Notes under the pieces: model-generated | Database searches by the model: none | Seen by the model: the letters and a program-made list of their open reading frames with translations, nothing else | What the model was told of the DNA's origin: nothing | In this document: piece by piece, positions 50,311-59,864 of the stretch | Numbering within the stretch: the stretch's first letter is position 1 | Layout: each line of letters begins with the position of its first letter | NCBI GenBank assembly: GCA_963712115.1 | Contig: CAVQGX010000027.1 | Span: 1 to 64,000, forward strand | DNA: 64,000 bases | Source: an uncultured delta proteobacterium | GTDB lineage: Bacteria > Desulfobacterota > Syntrophobacteria > BM002 | Direction: 5' to 3' | Program-made: the position numbers and the translations under genes

Positions 50311-51465
50311 CTATTCGATCCTCCCAAGGCCCTCAACCACGCGCACGGTAACAACTCGCCAGATGGGAATAACCGCAGCCACAATGCCAACCACCAGGGC
50401 GCCCGCCGCAGCCAGATAGACCGTCAGTGCTTCCACCTTGAAAACCGGGAACCAGTTGCCCACAGCCGCGGCAAAAGTTTTTGCCGCGGGAAAGGTGAGA
50501 GCTATACCGAGAGCACCACCCAATCCTGAGATCAGCAGCGATTCTCCGAGAATCAAACCGGCAAGAAAGAGACTGCCAAAACCAAGAGTCTTGAACACCG
50601 CATACTCGCCAGCGCGCTCTCGCACGGACATGACCATGGTGTTGGCCACCACCACCAGAATGATGACGATGACCACGAAAGAGACCAAGCGTATGGCAGT
50701 GAGAATTGCCTCACTCATGGAGACGAAGCTCAGCTGAAAGGCCTTTTCCGTTTCGGTGAGCGTCTCCGCCCTGGAGTTCTTGAAGGTTCTGTCAATGGCC
50801 TCTGCTGACTTGGCAGCAAGCTCCGGCGCAGCTATGCCAATAACATAGAAGCCCACCTGATCTGCCCTCCGGGGCACGGTCTTTTTCATGGTCTCGTTGA
50901 TATAGTTCCAGTGGAGGAAGAATTGATTCTCGTCGATGGTGTCGTCCCGGCCCCGATAAATACCCCGCAAGACGAAGTCCCATTTGCCGGGGAAAATAGT
51001 GCCGGTGAGGGTGATGGTATCACCGATTTTCCAGCCGAATCTTCTCGCCAGCTTGCGGCCGACAACGCACGACTTCCTGTCACGATAGAATGACGTCTTT
51101 TGGTTGTCCGGGAGCAGGTACTCGGGATAGAGACTTAGGTAGGACTCAGTTTCCACCGCAAAATTGGCGAAAAAGTTTTTCCTGTCGATGTAGTAGCCGC
51201 CGAACCAGTTACCGTAGGAGACATTCTTGACTCCATCGATCTGGCGAATCTTCTCCCGATAAGAAAGGGGGAGGGGGAAGACCAGGGAAATGGAGTTTCT
51301 GGTAATCAGCCGATTGGCAGAGGAGGCTTCCACTCCAGCGTACCAGGCGCTGACCACGGTGCGAAGGAGGGCAAAAGCGAGAATGGCGACGCACATGCCG
51401 GACACTGTAAGCAGGCTGCGGAGTCTGTGCCTAAAGGCATTCCGTAAAACTAATTTCAGGAGCAT
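50311..51465 (-). CDS. ABC transporter permease (MacB/FtsX type)
   Basis: RNAFRHRLRSLLT...NTMVMSVRER..EYAVFKTLGF. Confidence 0.93.
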   Translation of the reverse strand: MLLKLVLRNAFRHRLRSLLTVSGMCVAILAFALLRTVVSAWYAGVEASSANRLITRNSISLVFPLPLSYREKIRQIDGVKNVSYGNWFGGYYIDRKNFFANFAVETESYLSLYPEYLLPDNQKTSFYRDRKSCVVGRKLARRFGWKIGDTITLTGTIFPGKWDFVLRGIYRGRDDTIDENQFFLHWNYINETMKKTVPRRADQVGFYVIGIAAPELAAKSAEAIDRTFKNSRAETLTETEKAFQLSFVSMSEAILTAIRLVSFVVIVIILVVVANTMVMSVRERAGEYAVFKTLGFGSLFLAGLILGESLLISGLGGALGIALTFPAAKTFAAAVGNWFPVFKVEALTVYLAAAGALVVGIVAAVIPIWRVVTVRVVEGLGRIE

Positions 51466-52147
51466 CGGTGAGCTCACCTTTATCCAGGTATCTCATGGTG
51501 CGGGCCTTCTTGGCTGCCCGCGGATCATGGGTGACCATGATGATCGTTTTACCCAGATCACCACTTAACCGATCCATGAGTTGCAACACTTCCTCTGCTG
51601 AAGTGCGGTCGAGATCGCCCGTGGGCTCGTCCGCCACCAAGATGGTTGGATCGGTTACCACAGCGCGAGCTATGGCAACCCGCTGCTGCTGACCGCCGGA
51701 GAGTTGCCGCGGGTAGTGATCCATTCGGTCCTGAAGTGAGACCAGTTCCAGGGCCAAGGCTGAGTGCTCCCGTCGCTCTTTTCTTGAAAGTCCCGTCAAC
51801 AGAAGGGGCAGTTCAACATTTTCTAGGGCGGTGAGTACCGGAATGAGATTGTAGAACTGGAAAATGAAGCCCACATTACTGGCGCGCCACTCGGCAAGTT
51901 CAGACTCGGAAAGCGAGGTGATCTCAACTCCGCCGATCTCTATGGTTCCTCCGTCCACCTGATCGAGACCGGCAATGAGGTTTAGTAAGGTGCTCTTACC
52001 CGATCCTGATGGTCCCATGAGGGCGAGAAAATCTCCCTCATTGATGTCCAGGACGATGTTATCCAGCACCGGGATGATCTGGTTGCCCCGACGGTATGAC
52101 TTGTTGAGATCTCTTATCTGGACAAGGGGACTGTTTTTTTTATTCAT
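51431..52147 (-). CDS. ABC transporter ATP-binding protein (LolD/MacB type)
   Basis: GPSGSGKS, LSGGQQQR, ADEPTGDLD, VTHD. Confidence 0.96.
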   Translation of the reverse strand: MNKKNSPLVQIRDLNKSYRRGNQIIPVLDNIVLDINEGDFLALMGPSGSGKSTLLNLIAGLDQVDGGTIEIGGVEITSLSESELAEWRASNVGFIFQFYNLIPVLTALENVELPLLLTGLSRKERREHSALALELVSLQDRMDHYPRQLSGGQQQRVAIARAVVTDPTILVADEPTGDLDRTSAEEVLQLMDRLSGDLGKTIIMVTHDPRAAKKARTMRYLDKGELTDAPEISFTECL

Positions 52148-52154
52148 TTAGTCC

Positions 52155-52349
52155 TAAAAACCTGGTTCTTTGCGTCAGGTCAAGTCTCAATGGTTTTTCT
52201 GCTAGACATGTCCAGCGGTTTTGGAGTACTGGAGTTTTGGAGTATTGGAGTGTTGGAAAAAGCTAAAACCCAAAGATTCAACTTTAAAAGTTCTTGCATT
52301 ACTCCATTACTCCACCACTCCATTACTCCAGCTGAGCCTGGATTCTTTA
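52155..52349. repeat. Composite element, copy 3, carrying an octamer-armed palindrome
   Basis: TAAAAACCTGG...CCTGGATTCTTTA ends as in copy 2; the interior matches 30077-30189. Confidence 0.75.
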
Positions 52350-53568
52350 CTCTTGAGCAACTCTCACCTTGATCCCATTCTTTATCTTATCCAAAGGCGC
52401 TGTTGCCACCTGGTCACCGACTTCCACCCCGTCTAGGATCTCAACCATGGTGTCCAGATGTTTACCGAGGTGGACAGGGGTTTTCAGGACCCTATTGTTC
52501 CGGACGACGAACACCAGGGTTTCTCCATCACGGTTGACCACCGCGTTACTGGGCAATGCTTTGAATGGGTTTTTCTCTTCTGGTGTAACCTGGCGCGAGA
52601 GAAAGGCAACCTTGGCGCTCATTTCAGGGAGAATGCGAGGATCCTTGTCTAGGAAGGCAGCCTTGACGAGTATTGACGCTTTGCTCCGGTCAGCGGTGGG
52701 CACGATCATGTGAACCACGCCTCGAAAACGGTCGTTGGGCAAGGCGTCCAGCTGGATCTCGCAAGGCTGGCCCACTTTAACCTGCTCGATGTTGGATTCA
52801 GATACATCCACCTCCACCTTGAGGGAATCCATGTCTGCAATGTTGACTACCGCGGCCTTGGCGTCTGCCGCGGCGCCTATGGGGGTAACAATATCTCCAA
52901 TATCGGCGTTTTTCGTCAGCACCACAGCATCAAAAGGAGCTCGAATTACTGCATATTCCAGAGACACCTCTGCTTCTTTCAAGGCCGCTTCACTCGCCCG
53001 CAGGGCCGCTTTATAAGCGGAGACTGCTGCCTTTGCCTTTTTGTAGCGCGCCTCGGCAGCATCGAACTGTGAAAGGGGGATAATCTCTTTTCCTACCAGT
53101 TCCTTTTTTCGATTGTAGTCGAGAAGGGCATCATCCAGTTCGGCCTGGCTCTGCTCGATGTTGAAACCTGCGACCTTGACATCCGCCATGGCTCTTTCCA
53201 GAGCGGCCTTAACATCATCGTTTTCCAGCCGGGCAATGACTTCACCCTTTTTCACCCGGCTGCCTTCCTCCACCCCTAAAAAGACCAGACGCCCGGTGAT
53301 CTTGGAGGCGACAGCCGCCTTCCGCTGGGCCACCACGTAACCACTGGCGTTGAGCAAGGTGAAGGTCTGGGCCGGAAAGATTCTTTGCACAGTTACGACC
53401 TGCACCTCGAGAGCAGGTTTTAGAACGCCCTTAAAGTAAAGAATTACCAATAAGCAAATGAGCAGGAGTGCCACCGACAGGAGTGAGGTATCTTTTTTTC
53501 TTCCCCCGCCTCTGTGAAATGCTAACCTTATCGATTCGCAGTTTCGAAAGATCGTTATCAACCGTCAA
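52347..53568 (-). CDS. Efflux membrane fusion (periplasmic adaptor) protein; apparent +1 near 53485
   Basis: LNASGYVVAQRKA, IRAPFDAV, EVDVSE, LPEMSAKV; true start MTVDNDLSKLRIDK in the adjacent frame, with RBS GAGGGAG. Confidence 0.9.
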
Positions 53569-53701
53569 AGAATGCTCCCTCGATTCCACTAACCCCTGGT
53601 TCAGACTCCTTCTGATTGTGCCATTACGCAACCGCCAAACTCAACCCAGGTAGGATAACATGGAGGGAGGAGGATGAACAGATATTTGCCGTTAATCACC
53701 T

Positions 53702-53776
53702 CTTCATCAGCTTTTATGCTCCCTTCGCTTTATGGCTGCGTCAATTGCTTTTTGGATGACGCTTAGGGCTGCTTCT
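53702..53776 (-). repeat. 75-bp duplicate of the ppa 3' end (direct repeat)
   Basis: 74/75 identical to 57459-57533; encodes EAALSVIQKAIDAAIKRREHKS*. Confidence 0.97.
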
Positions 53777-54043
53777 CTGGAAGAAATTTGTGTTTTTGGC
53801 AACTGGTTTGGTAGAATGGTCCACTCAAAGGAGGGTTTTTTTGTCCTTGGACGCTTTTCTTCGAAAAAGGACGGCAAAGAGCATGCCTGCCGGCTGCAAA
53901 ACCAGTGACTGACGGCCACTGCCGGCAAAGCCCGGGGAACAAAGGAAACCTGCAACAAGTGTGCGATCCAAACTCTCTCCCGGCTAAAGCAATTGCCGCA
54001 ATTGTACGTACCAAGCCCGGCATAAACGAGGAAGATAGTTATC

Positions 54044-55432
54044 ATGAATTTTAGCTGGATACTCTTTCATCTCTTGCCTTCGTTGGGGTTTATTTTGGCG
54101 CTGGTTTTATTATCGAAAATTTTAAGAGAGCGAAGGTCGCCCACGAGCACCCTTGCCTGGCTCATGACCATTATTTTTATCCCATACCTGGGAGTTCCAC
54201 TCTACCTTATCTTTGGCGGTCGAAAAATGATGCGCAAGGTAGAAGCCAAGCCAATATTGCCCGTATACCAACCAAAGATGGCATCTGATGGTTATCGTAA
54301 AGAAGCGTATATATCCCCGTCTGGTAGCCAAGGCTATCCGCCGACCTCAAACAACCGCCTAAAGTTTTTACCAAAGGGAGAACAAGCTTTTCCAGAACTA
54401 TTAAACCTTATTAAGAATGCCAAACACTCTGTCTGTATTGCGACCTTTATCCTGGGGAAAGACGAAACGGGTAAAGCTATTGTAACGGCCCTGGCAGAAC
54501 AAGCCTCAAAAGGCGTAAAAATTTGTCTGCTCTTAGATGCGTTGGGATCGGCGAAGATAACACGGCGATTCCTTTTACCGCTCCAAAAAGCCGGTGGCCG
54601 GGTGGCTTTTTTCATGCCGATGCTACATCTGCCTTTTCGGGGACGGGCGAATTTACGCAATCATCGAAAAATGATTATCACCGATTGTAAAACTGCCATC
54701 ATCGGAGGAATGAACCTTGCGTCAGAATACATGGGAATTGAAGAATCCAGCGACCGCTGGCAGGATCTTTCGTTATTGATCGAAGGTTCCGCCGTCGATC
54801 ACCTTGTCGACATCTTTCGATCAGACTGGAAATTTGCAAGCAAGGAGGATTTTCCCAACAGCTGGACAGCCGACCAGTTGCCAGATGCTATCCACAACAA
54901 TGTTGTCCAAGTGGTTGCAAGCGGACCGGATGTTAGTGGAGATTCACTTCGCAATGTGATCCTCACCGAGATTTTCAGGGCAAAGCAGCGTGTGTGGATT
55001 ATAACACCGTATTTTGTACCTGATGAACTGCTGTTAGAAACTTTATGCCTAGCAGCCAGCCGCAATATTGACGTATCTGTTGTAATTCCGCAAAAGTCGA
55101 ATCACCGATTGGCAGATCTGGTGCGGGAAAGTTATTTGGGTCAGCTCCAGGAAGCTGGCGCAGGAATCTTTCTTTACCAGCCGCGTATGTTACACGCTAA
55201 AGCGATCTTGGTTGATGATACAGTTGCGGTAGTGGGGTCGGCCAACGTGGACATGCGAAGTCTGTTGCTTAACTATGAAATTGCACTATGCATTTACTCT
55301 GCAGATTCGATTAGAGAGCTTGAGGTTTGGATGCAACAATTAAGGTCAGACTGCTTGATTCAGAAAAAACGAGAAAAGAGCTCTCTCGGACTCATCGAGG
55401 GCGTTGGACGTCTTTTTGCTCCCCTGTTGTGA
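54044..55432 (+). CDS. cls: Cardiolipin synthase
   Basis: N-terminal 2 TM (LAWL...PYLG) and two HKD motifs (RNHRKMIITD, LHAKAILVD). Confidence 0.93.
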   Translation: MNFSWILFHLLPSLGFILALVLLSKILRERRSPTSTLAWLMTIIFIPYLGVPLYLIFGGRKMMRKVEAKPILPVYQPKMASDGYRKEAYISPSGSQGYPPTSNNRLKFLPKGEQAFPELLNLIKNAKHSVCIATFILGKDETGKAIVTALAEQASKGVKICLLLDALGSAKITRRFLLPLQKAGGRVAFFMPMLHLPFRGRANLRNHRKMIITDCKTAIIGGMNLASEYMGIEESSDRWQDLSLLIEGSAVDHLVDIFRSDWKFASKEDFPNSWTADQLPDAIHNNVVQVVASGPDVSGDSLRNVILTEIFRAKQRVWIITPYFVPDELLLETLCLAASRNIDVSVVIPQKSNHRLADLVRESYLGQLQEAGAGIFLYQPRMLHAKAILVDDTVAVVGSANVDMRSLLLNYEIALCIYSADSIRELEVWMQQLRSDCLIQKKREKSSLGLIEGVGRLFAPLL

Positions 55433-55467
55433 TGGGATTTTTGTAGGTCATTTGGCCTTGTCCAGGG

Positions 55468-55521
55468 TGAAACATCACTCGAACCTACCAACTCGATAAT
55501 GTTATAAATGCTATCGGACAT
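55468..55521 (-). pseudogene. 5' stub of a dodecin gene
   Basis: RBS AAAGGAG then MSDSIYNIIELVGSSDVS, matching the dodecin N-terminus; similarity then stops. Confidence 0.7.
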
Positions 55522-55727
55522 AGTTCCTCTCCTTTAGCCTTGGCTTCTTGGGGCTGAATCTCACCTGTAAGCAGAACCGCAGAAAAACTCTCCCAACGGT
55601 TATAGCCAACTGCATCTATGGTCCTGGCTCAGGAGCTGAAATCCTGCATCAGCCGAAGAGCAACACTGCATCATGGCGTGATGCACAAACGAAGGCTTCG
55701 ACGCCTCGGCCCGCCATGAGGAACAGC

Positions 55728-55994
55728 TCAATCCAATTTTTTCCTGATGCGCTTGTAAGCATTGGCGATTTCTTCGGAGAGAACACCTAAGGCGGCGCCA
55801 ATGTCCTTGGATACATCTTTCGTTTCTCTCTTTAAAGTGGCCAGCTTGTTTTCAAGTACCTCCCACTTCTTCTCTAACTCTTCCCACTCATCCTTGGCCT
55901 CTGCTTTTGCCAAATGAATCTGGACTCTTAACTCATCTCGTTCTTGTTTGAGCTTAGTTATCAGCTCTTCGAGCCTTCCTTTTTCTTGCGACAC
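55728..55994 (-). CDS. Small coiled-coil hypothetical protein
   Basis: RBS AAGGAG plus GTG; KQERDELRVQIHLAKAEAKDEWEELEKKW. Confidence 0.8.
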   Translation of the reverse strand: MSQEKGRLEELITKLKQERDELRVQIHLAKAEAKDEWEELEKKWEVLENKLATLKRETKDVSKDIGAALGVLSEEIANAYKRIRKKLD

Positions 55995-56035
55995 AAGCTT
56001 CTCCTTTTGGTTTGATGGTGTTTGCGCTGACTCTA

Positions 56036-57433
56036 TCAATTTGCTTGCCGGAGGATGGCCTCGGCAATGGCATCATAGTTGCCGCCAAAATGATGTGCCC
56101 CTTTCATGGCCACAACCTTGGCGAGAGCGGGCTCCAGGTCCCGGCAGAGACTGTCCGTCTCTTCTTCACCGTAAAAGCAAATCAGCCTCGTTCCCTTAAG
56201 TTTTTGCACCTCCGGGCGAATCGGATACGTTGTCCCGTCGGATGAACTCCCCAGCCAATCCGTGAGATGAAACTCAAAGTCCACTTGGCGTCCCGGGCCT
56301 AGAAGAGCTATCAAAGACACCCGGCTCAACAATTCCTTGGGGAGACGGCTGGCCATGAAGGGGAGGACGTCTGCCCCTAAAGAATAACCAAGGAGTATGG
56401 CTTTCTCTTTTTTCCAGCGGCTAAGATAGTGTTCAAGGATTCGCTCCAGATCTTTTGCCGAGCCATCAGGCGTGCGTTTGGTCCAGAAGTACGCCAGGGA
56501 ATTCAATCCCACCACCGGAATTCCCTTACCAGCAAGGACATCGGCTACCTCCCGGTCAATTCCGGCCCAGCCGCCGTCGCCGGAGACAACTACTGCCATG
56601 AGGTCTGAAACGGAACCACTGGCATTGACCTCCACTATGGGCAGGTCAGTTAATGCAGCCACAGAAGTTGGCTTCTCGGCTTTCTTTCGCGCAACCAGGC
56701 GGGTGAAAGTCTCTTTGAACTGGGGCATCCAGTTTCGCTGCACTGAAAAGCCATGCCCAACCTTGGGCAGGAGCACTATTTCCCCATTTTTTACCTGTTT
56801 GACGTAGGCCTCCGTTGCAGCGGCGTCACAGACCTTGTCGATGGTACCCTGGAAGGCTATCCAGGGTGGTTGCAAGTTGGTCGTTGGCAGGAACACATAT
56901 CCTCTGCCTCTGGGGCCAGGTTTCCATTCCAGTCCATTGCCACGGCAGAGAGGTTTTGTCAGCGGCAGATCAGGGCAAAAGCCCAGGCTGATGGCTCCAA
57001 CAAAGGTATTGGGCGGAGCCTGGACTAGAGTGGCATAGACCAGGGTGGCTCCGGAGGAGTATCCCACCAGCACCGGTTGCACATAGCGAGGAAAATCAAG
57101 CTTTTTCTGAACGAACTTGCTCAGAGATTCGAAATCCGCAGCACAGTAAGAACATTTATCATCAGAGCCTGCAAGTCGCTTCAGGTAGCTGGTGATGTCG
57201 ATACCTACAACAAGGGCGTCCAGGGAGGACAGGGCCCTGGCCATGTCAATCACCCCCAGGTTCCAGCCTCCATCGCCGGAAACAAACAGAACAACCTGGG
57301 ATGGCCTGGGAGATTGGCGGTACAAAGTGATATGGCCGAAGCGACCGAAGGCAACCGTTTCCTCGTCAGCACCCAGCACGCTGCTCCAACTCAGAAGTAG
57401 AAGAATTGGCAATATAAAAAGTGCGCGTCTCAT
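56036..57433 (-). CDS. acvB: AcvB/VirJ family lysyl-phosphatidylglycerol hydrolase (two alpha/beta-hydrolase domains)
   Basis: Signal peptide; SGDGGW twice; GYSSGA and GYSLGAD; GAHHFGGNY. Confidence 0.9.
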   Translation of the reverse strand: MRRALFILPILLLLSWSSVLGADEETVAFGRFGHITLYRQSPRPSQVVLFVSGDGGWNLGVIDMARALSSLDALVVGIDITSYLKRLAGSDDKCSYCAADFESLSKFVQKKLDFPRYVQPVLVGYSSGATLVYATLVQAPPNTFVGAISLGFCPDLPLTKPLCRGNGLEWKPGPRGRGYVFLPTTNLQPPWIAFQGTIDKVCDAAATEAYVKQVKNGEIVLLPKVGHGFSVQRNWMPQFKETFTRLVARKKAEKPTSVAALTDLPIVEVNASGSVSDLMAVVVSGDGGWAGIDREVADVLAGKGIPVVGLNSLAYFWTKRTPDGSAKDLERILEHYLSRWKKEKAILLGYSLGADVLPFMASRLPKELLSRVSLIALLGPGRQVDFEFHLTDWLGSSSDGTTYPIRPEVQKLKGTRLICFYGEEETDSLCRDLEPALAKVVAMKGAHHFGGNYDAIAEAILRQAN

Positions 57434-57463
57434 GGAAGGTCAAATCCCCTCATCATTACTTCA

Positions 57464-57997
57464 TCAACTTTTATGCTCCCTTCGCTTTATGGCTGCGTCA
57501 ATTGCTTTTTGGATGACGCTTAGGGCTGCTTCTTTGTCTTCCCAGCCGAGGGTTTCCACTTGTTTCCCTTCCAGCTCTTTGTAGATATGAAAGAAATGTT
57601 CGACTTCACGGAGAAAGTGAGCCCTTACCTGGGAAAGCTCTCGAATTTCGTTGTGGTTAGGATCAGCCACGGGCACAGATAGAATCTTTTCATCTTCACC
57701 CTTTTCATCCCGCATGCGAAACAGTCCTACCGGCCGGGCCTCGACAAGACAGCCGGTAAAGGTCGGTTCACCGGTTATCACCAGAATATCCACCGGGTCG
57801 CCGTCTTCGGCATGAGTCCCCGGGATAAAGCCGTAGGCCGCAGGATAGTGCACCGCAGAGTACAGAACTCTGTCGAGCTTGAAGAGCCCCAACTTCGGAT
57901 CGTACTCATACTTGTTGTGGCCACCACGGGATATCTCGATAATGGCGTTTACTATATGTGGGGGATCAGGGCCTGGTGGAAGTTGATAAAGATTCAT
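57464..57997 (-). CDS. ppa: Inorganic pyrophosphatase (family I)
   Basis: KYEYD, LDRVL, YGFIPGT, EDGDPVD, DEKGEDEKI, HFF..YK. Confidence 0.97.
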   Translation of the reverse strand: MNLYQLPPGPDPPHIVNAIIEISRGGHNKYEYDPKLGLFKLDRVLYSAVHYPAAYGFIPGTHAEDGDPVDILVITGEPTFTGCLVEARPVGLFRMRDEKGEDEKILSVPVADPNHNEIRELSQVRAHFLREVEHFFHIYKELEGKQVETLGWEDKEAALSVIQKAIDAAIKRREHKS

Positions 57998-58076
57998 CCG
58001 CCTGCCTCCTTCAAAGAGCAGTGTTGATACGGGGCGTCAAGAATAAACACTCACATTGAATCAAAAGATGATTATT

Positions 58077-58152
58077 TGTAGGGTGGGCTTTATGCCCACC
58101 TGATGGACCCAGTTCAGCAAGTTTCCGGGCGGGAATAAATCCCGCCCCTACA
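58077..58152. repeat. REPIN-like doublet of two inverted GTAG-family REPs
   Basis: tGTAGggtgggctttatgcccacc ... gggcgggaataaatcccgcccCTACa. Confidence 0.85.
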
Positions 58153-58235
58153 CCAAGATTGGAAAAAAGACGCGCAATGATTTGTGACGCTATATATAAT
58201 TTTAATTGTGGAACGTTCAAGTTGATGAAATACGA

Positions 58236-58421
58236 TTATCGCCCCATTCCAACCATCATTCCCATACCCCCAAACAGGGCAACTGTGATCCAATAGATCC
58301 CTGTCAGGATCACGAGTGCGGGAATGGCGGCGATGGCCCATTTCACCATAAAGACCACCATGGACCCGAACGGCATGCGAATGTCGGTTACCACAACGTT
58401 TTTGCCGTTTTCACTCACCAT
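58236..58421 (-). CDS. Small conserved membrane protein
   Basis: VVVTDIRMPFGSMVVFMVKWAIAAIPA; RBS AGGAGG. Confidence 0.75.
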   Translation of the reverse strand: MVSENGKNVVVTDIRMPFGSMVVFMVKWAIAAIPALVILTGIYWITVALFGGMGMMVGMGR

Positions 58422-58460
58422 CTTTGCCCTCCTTTTCCCCATTTCTAGTTCCGCCCTGAT

Positions 58461-59849
58461 CTATGCAGAAAGCCGATTCCACGCATCCAGGGCAGCAACC
58501 TTGTAAGCCTCCGCCAGGGTTGGATAGTTGAATACACTTTCAAGGTAATAATTGAGGGTGCCCCCGAGGACCAAAGAGGCCTGGCCGATATGAATCAATT
58601 CAGCAGCGCCCTCTCCGATGATGTGGACTCCCAATACCCGTTGATCCTCCTGCCCGAACAAGATCTTGAGCAAGCCACCTTTAAGACCCATAATCTGGCC
58701 CCTGGCGGTTTCCCACAGGTGGGCGACCCCGACTTCATAAGGTACTTTTTTCTCGGTAAGTTCTTGCTCGGTCATGCCCACCATGCTCATTTCCGGAACT
58801 CCATAAATCCCGAAGGGGAAATGAGCCGGTTGACTGGTGGCAGGATGGTCGAAGGCATGGCAGGCCGCCAGTCGCCCCTGCTCCATGGAGGTAGAGGCCA
58901 GACTGGGAAAGCCAATCACATCTCCTGCCGCGTAAATATGGGATACCTGGGTCTGGAAGTGCTCATTGACTGCGATACACCCGTGATCGTCTGTGGCGAG
59001 CCCTGCATTTTCCAGCTTGAGTTCACTGGTGTTACCCATTCGCCCCGCTGTGTAAAGGAGCAGATCTGCCCGCAGTCGCTTGCCGCTCTCCAGGGTGGTG
59101 GTTACATATCCCCCGGAGTCAAGTTCTATGGTTCCCACCTTCTCCCCGAGACGCAAGGTAACTCCCTGCTCCCGCATGGAGTGAACGAACTCATCCACGA
59201 TCTCCCGGTCGAGAAAATCAAGCAGGGTCGAGCGCCCCTCCACCAGGGTAATGTGCACGTCCAGAACACTGAAGATGGAACCATATTCCACGCCAATGAC
59301 GCCGCCTCCCACGATGATCATCGATTTTGGGATTCGTTTAAGTTGGAGTAGGCCGTCGCTGTCAATAATTGTCACATCATCAAAGGGCACCCCATCAGGC
59401 CGCCGCGGGCGGGTGCCCGTTGCGATCAGGATCTTGTCGGCCTCGTATTCCAGAAAATCCCCGGTGGAACTTTGAACCTGCATCCGGCGCTGATCAACAA
59501 AGGAAGCCACCCCCTTGATGACCTCAACCCCATTCCGCTCGAGTTGATCTTGAATGACCTCAATCTCATGCTGCAAGGTGACATGGAGCCGCTGCATAAG
59601 GTCGTCTATGGTGAGATCTGGTTTCAGACGGTAGCCGTAACCATAGAGGCCGCGTTGGTTCCAGCCGGTAAGATAGAGGACTGCCTCGCGCAGTGTTTTG
59701 CTGGGCATGGTGCCGGTGTGCAGGGAAACGCCTCCAACCACCATCCGTCGTTCGATAATGGCCACTTTCTTGTCCAGCTTGGCCGCCTGTATCGCGGCTT
59801 TCTGGCCGGCAGGTCCGCTGCCAATCACGATGAAATCATAACGGTCCAT
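58461..59849 (-). CDS. sthA: Soluble pyridine nucleotide transhydrogenase
   Basis: GSGPAG, HTGTMPSKTLREA, GDVIGFPSLASTSMEQGR, FNYPTLAEAYKVAALD. Confidence 0.94.
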   Translation of the reverse strand: MDRYDFIVIGSGPAGQKAAIQAAKLDKKVAIIERRMVVGGVSLHTGTMPSKTLREAVLYLTGWNQRGLYGYGYRLKPDLTIDDLMQRLHVTLQHEIEVIQDQLERNGVEVIKGVASFVDQRRMQVQSSTGDFLEYEADKILIATGTRPRRPDGVPFDDVTIIDSDGLLQLKRIPKSMIIVGGGVIGVEYGSIFSVLDVHITLVEGRSTLLDFLDREIVDEFVHSMREQGVTLRLGEKVGTIELDSGGYVTTTLESGKRLRADLLLYTAGRMGNTSELKLENAGLATDDHGCIAVNEHFQTQVSHIYAAGDVIGFPSLASTSMEQGRLAACHAFDHPATSQPAHFPFGIYGVPEMSMVGMTEQELTEKKVPYEVGVAHLWETARGQIMGLKGGLLKILFGQEDQRVLGVHIIGEGAAELIHIGQASLVLGGTLNYYLESVFNYPTLAEAYKVAALDAWNRLSA

Positions 59850-59864
59850 GAAATGATCCTTCGA

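Noticed and set aside
8606-53490. Frameshifts in seven genes (near 8615, 12601, 32574, 39575, 42340-42545, 45067, 53485) as pseudogenes or programmed frameshifts
   Set aside because: They resolve as single-base insertions, mostly in homopolymers, in otherwise intact genes. This pattern fits long-read consensus error; read-level checking is needed.
53707-54045. 112-aa ORF ending like Ppa, as a real fusion protein
   Set aside because: Only the last 22 residues come from the 75-bp duplicate; the rest is the antisense of the cls upstream region and has no RBS.
55467-55476. GTGAAACATC at the dodecin break matching the TIR-like motif at 44778
   Set aside because: The match is largely explained by the dodecin codons D-V-S, and the break lies on the wrong side for an element end; probably chance.
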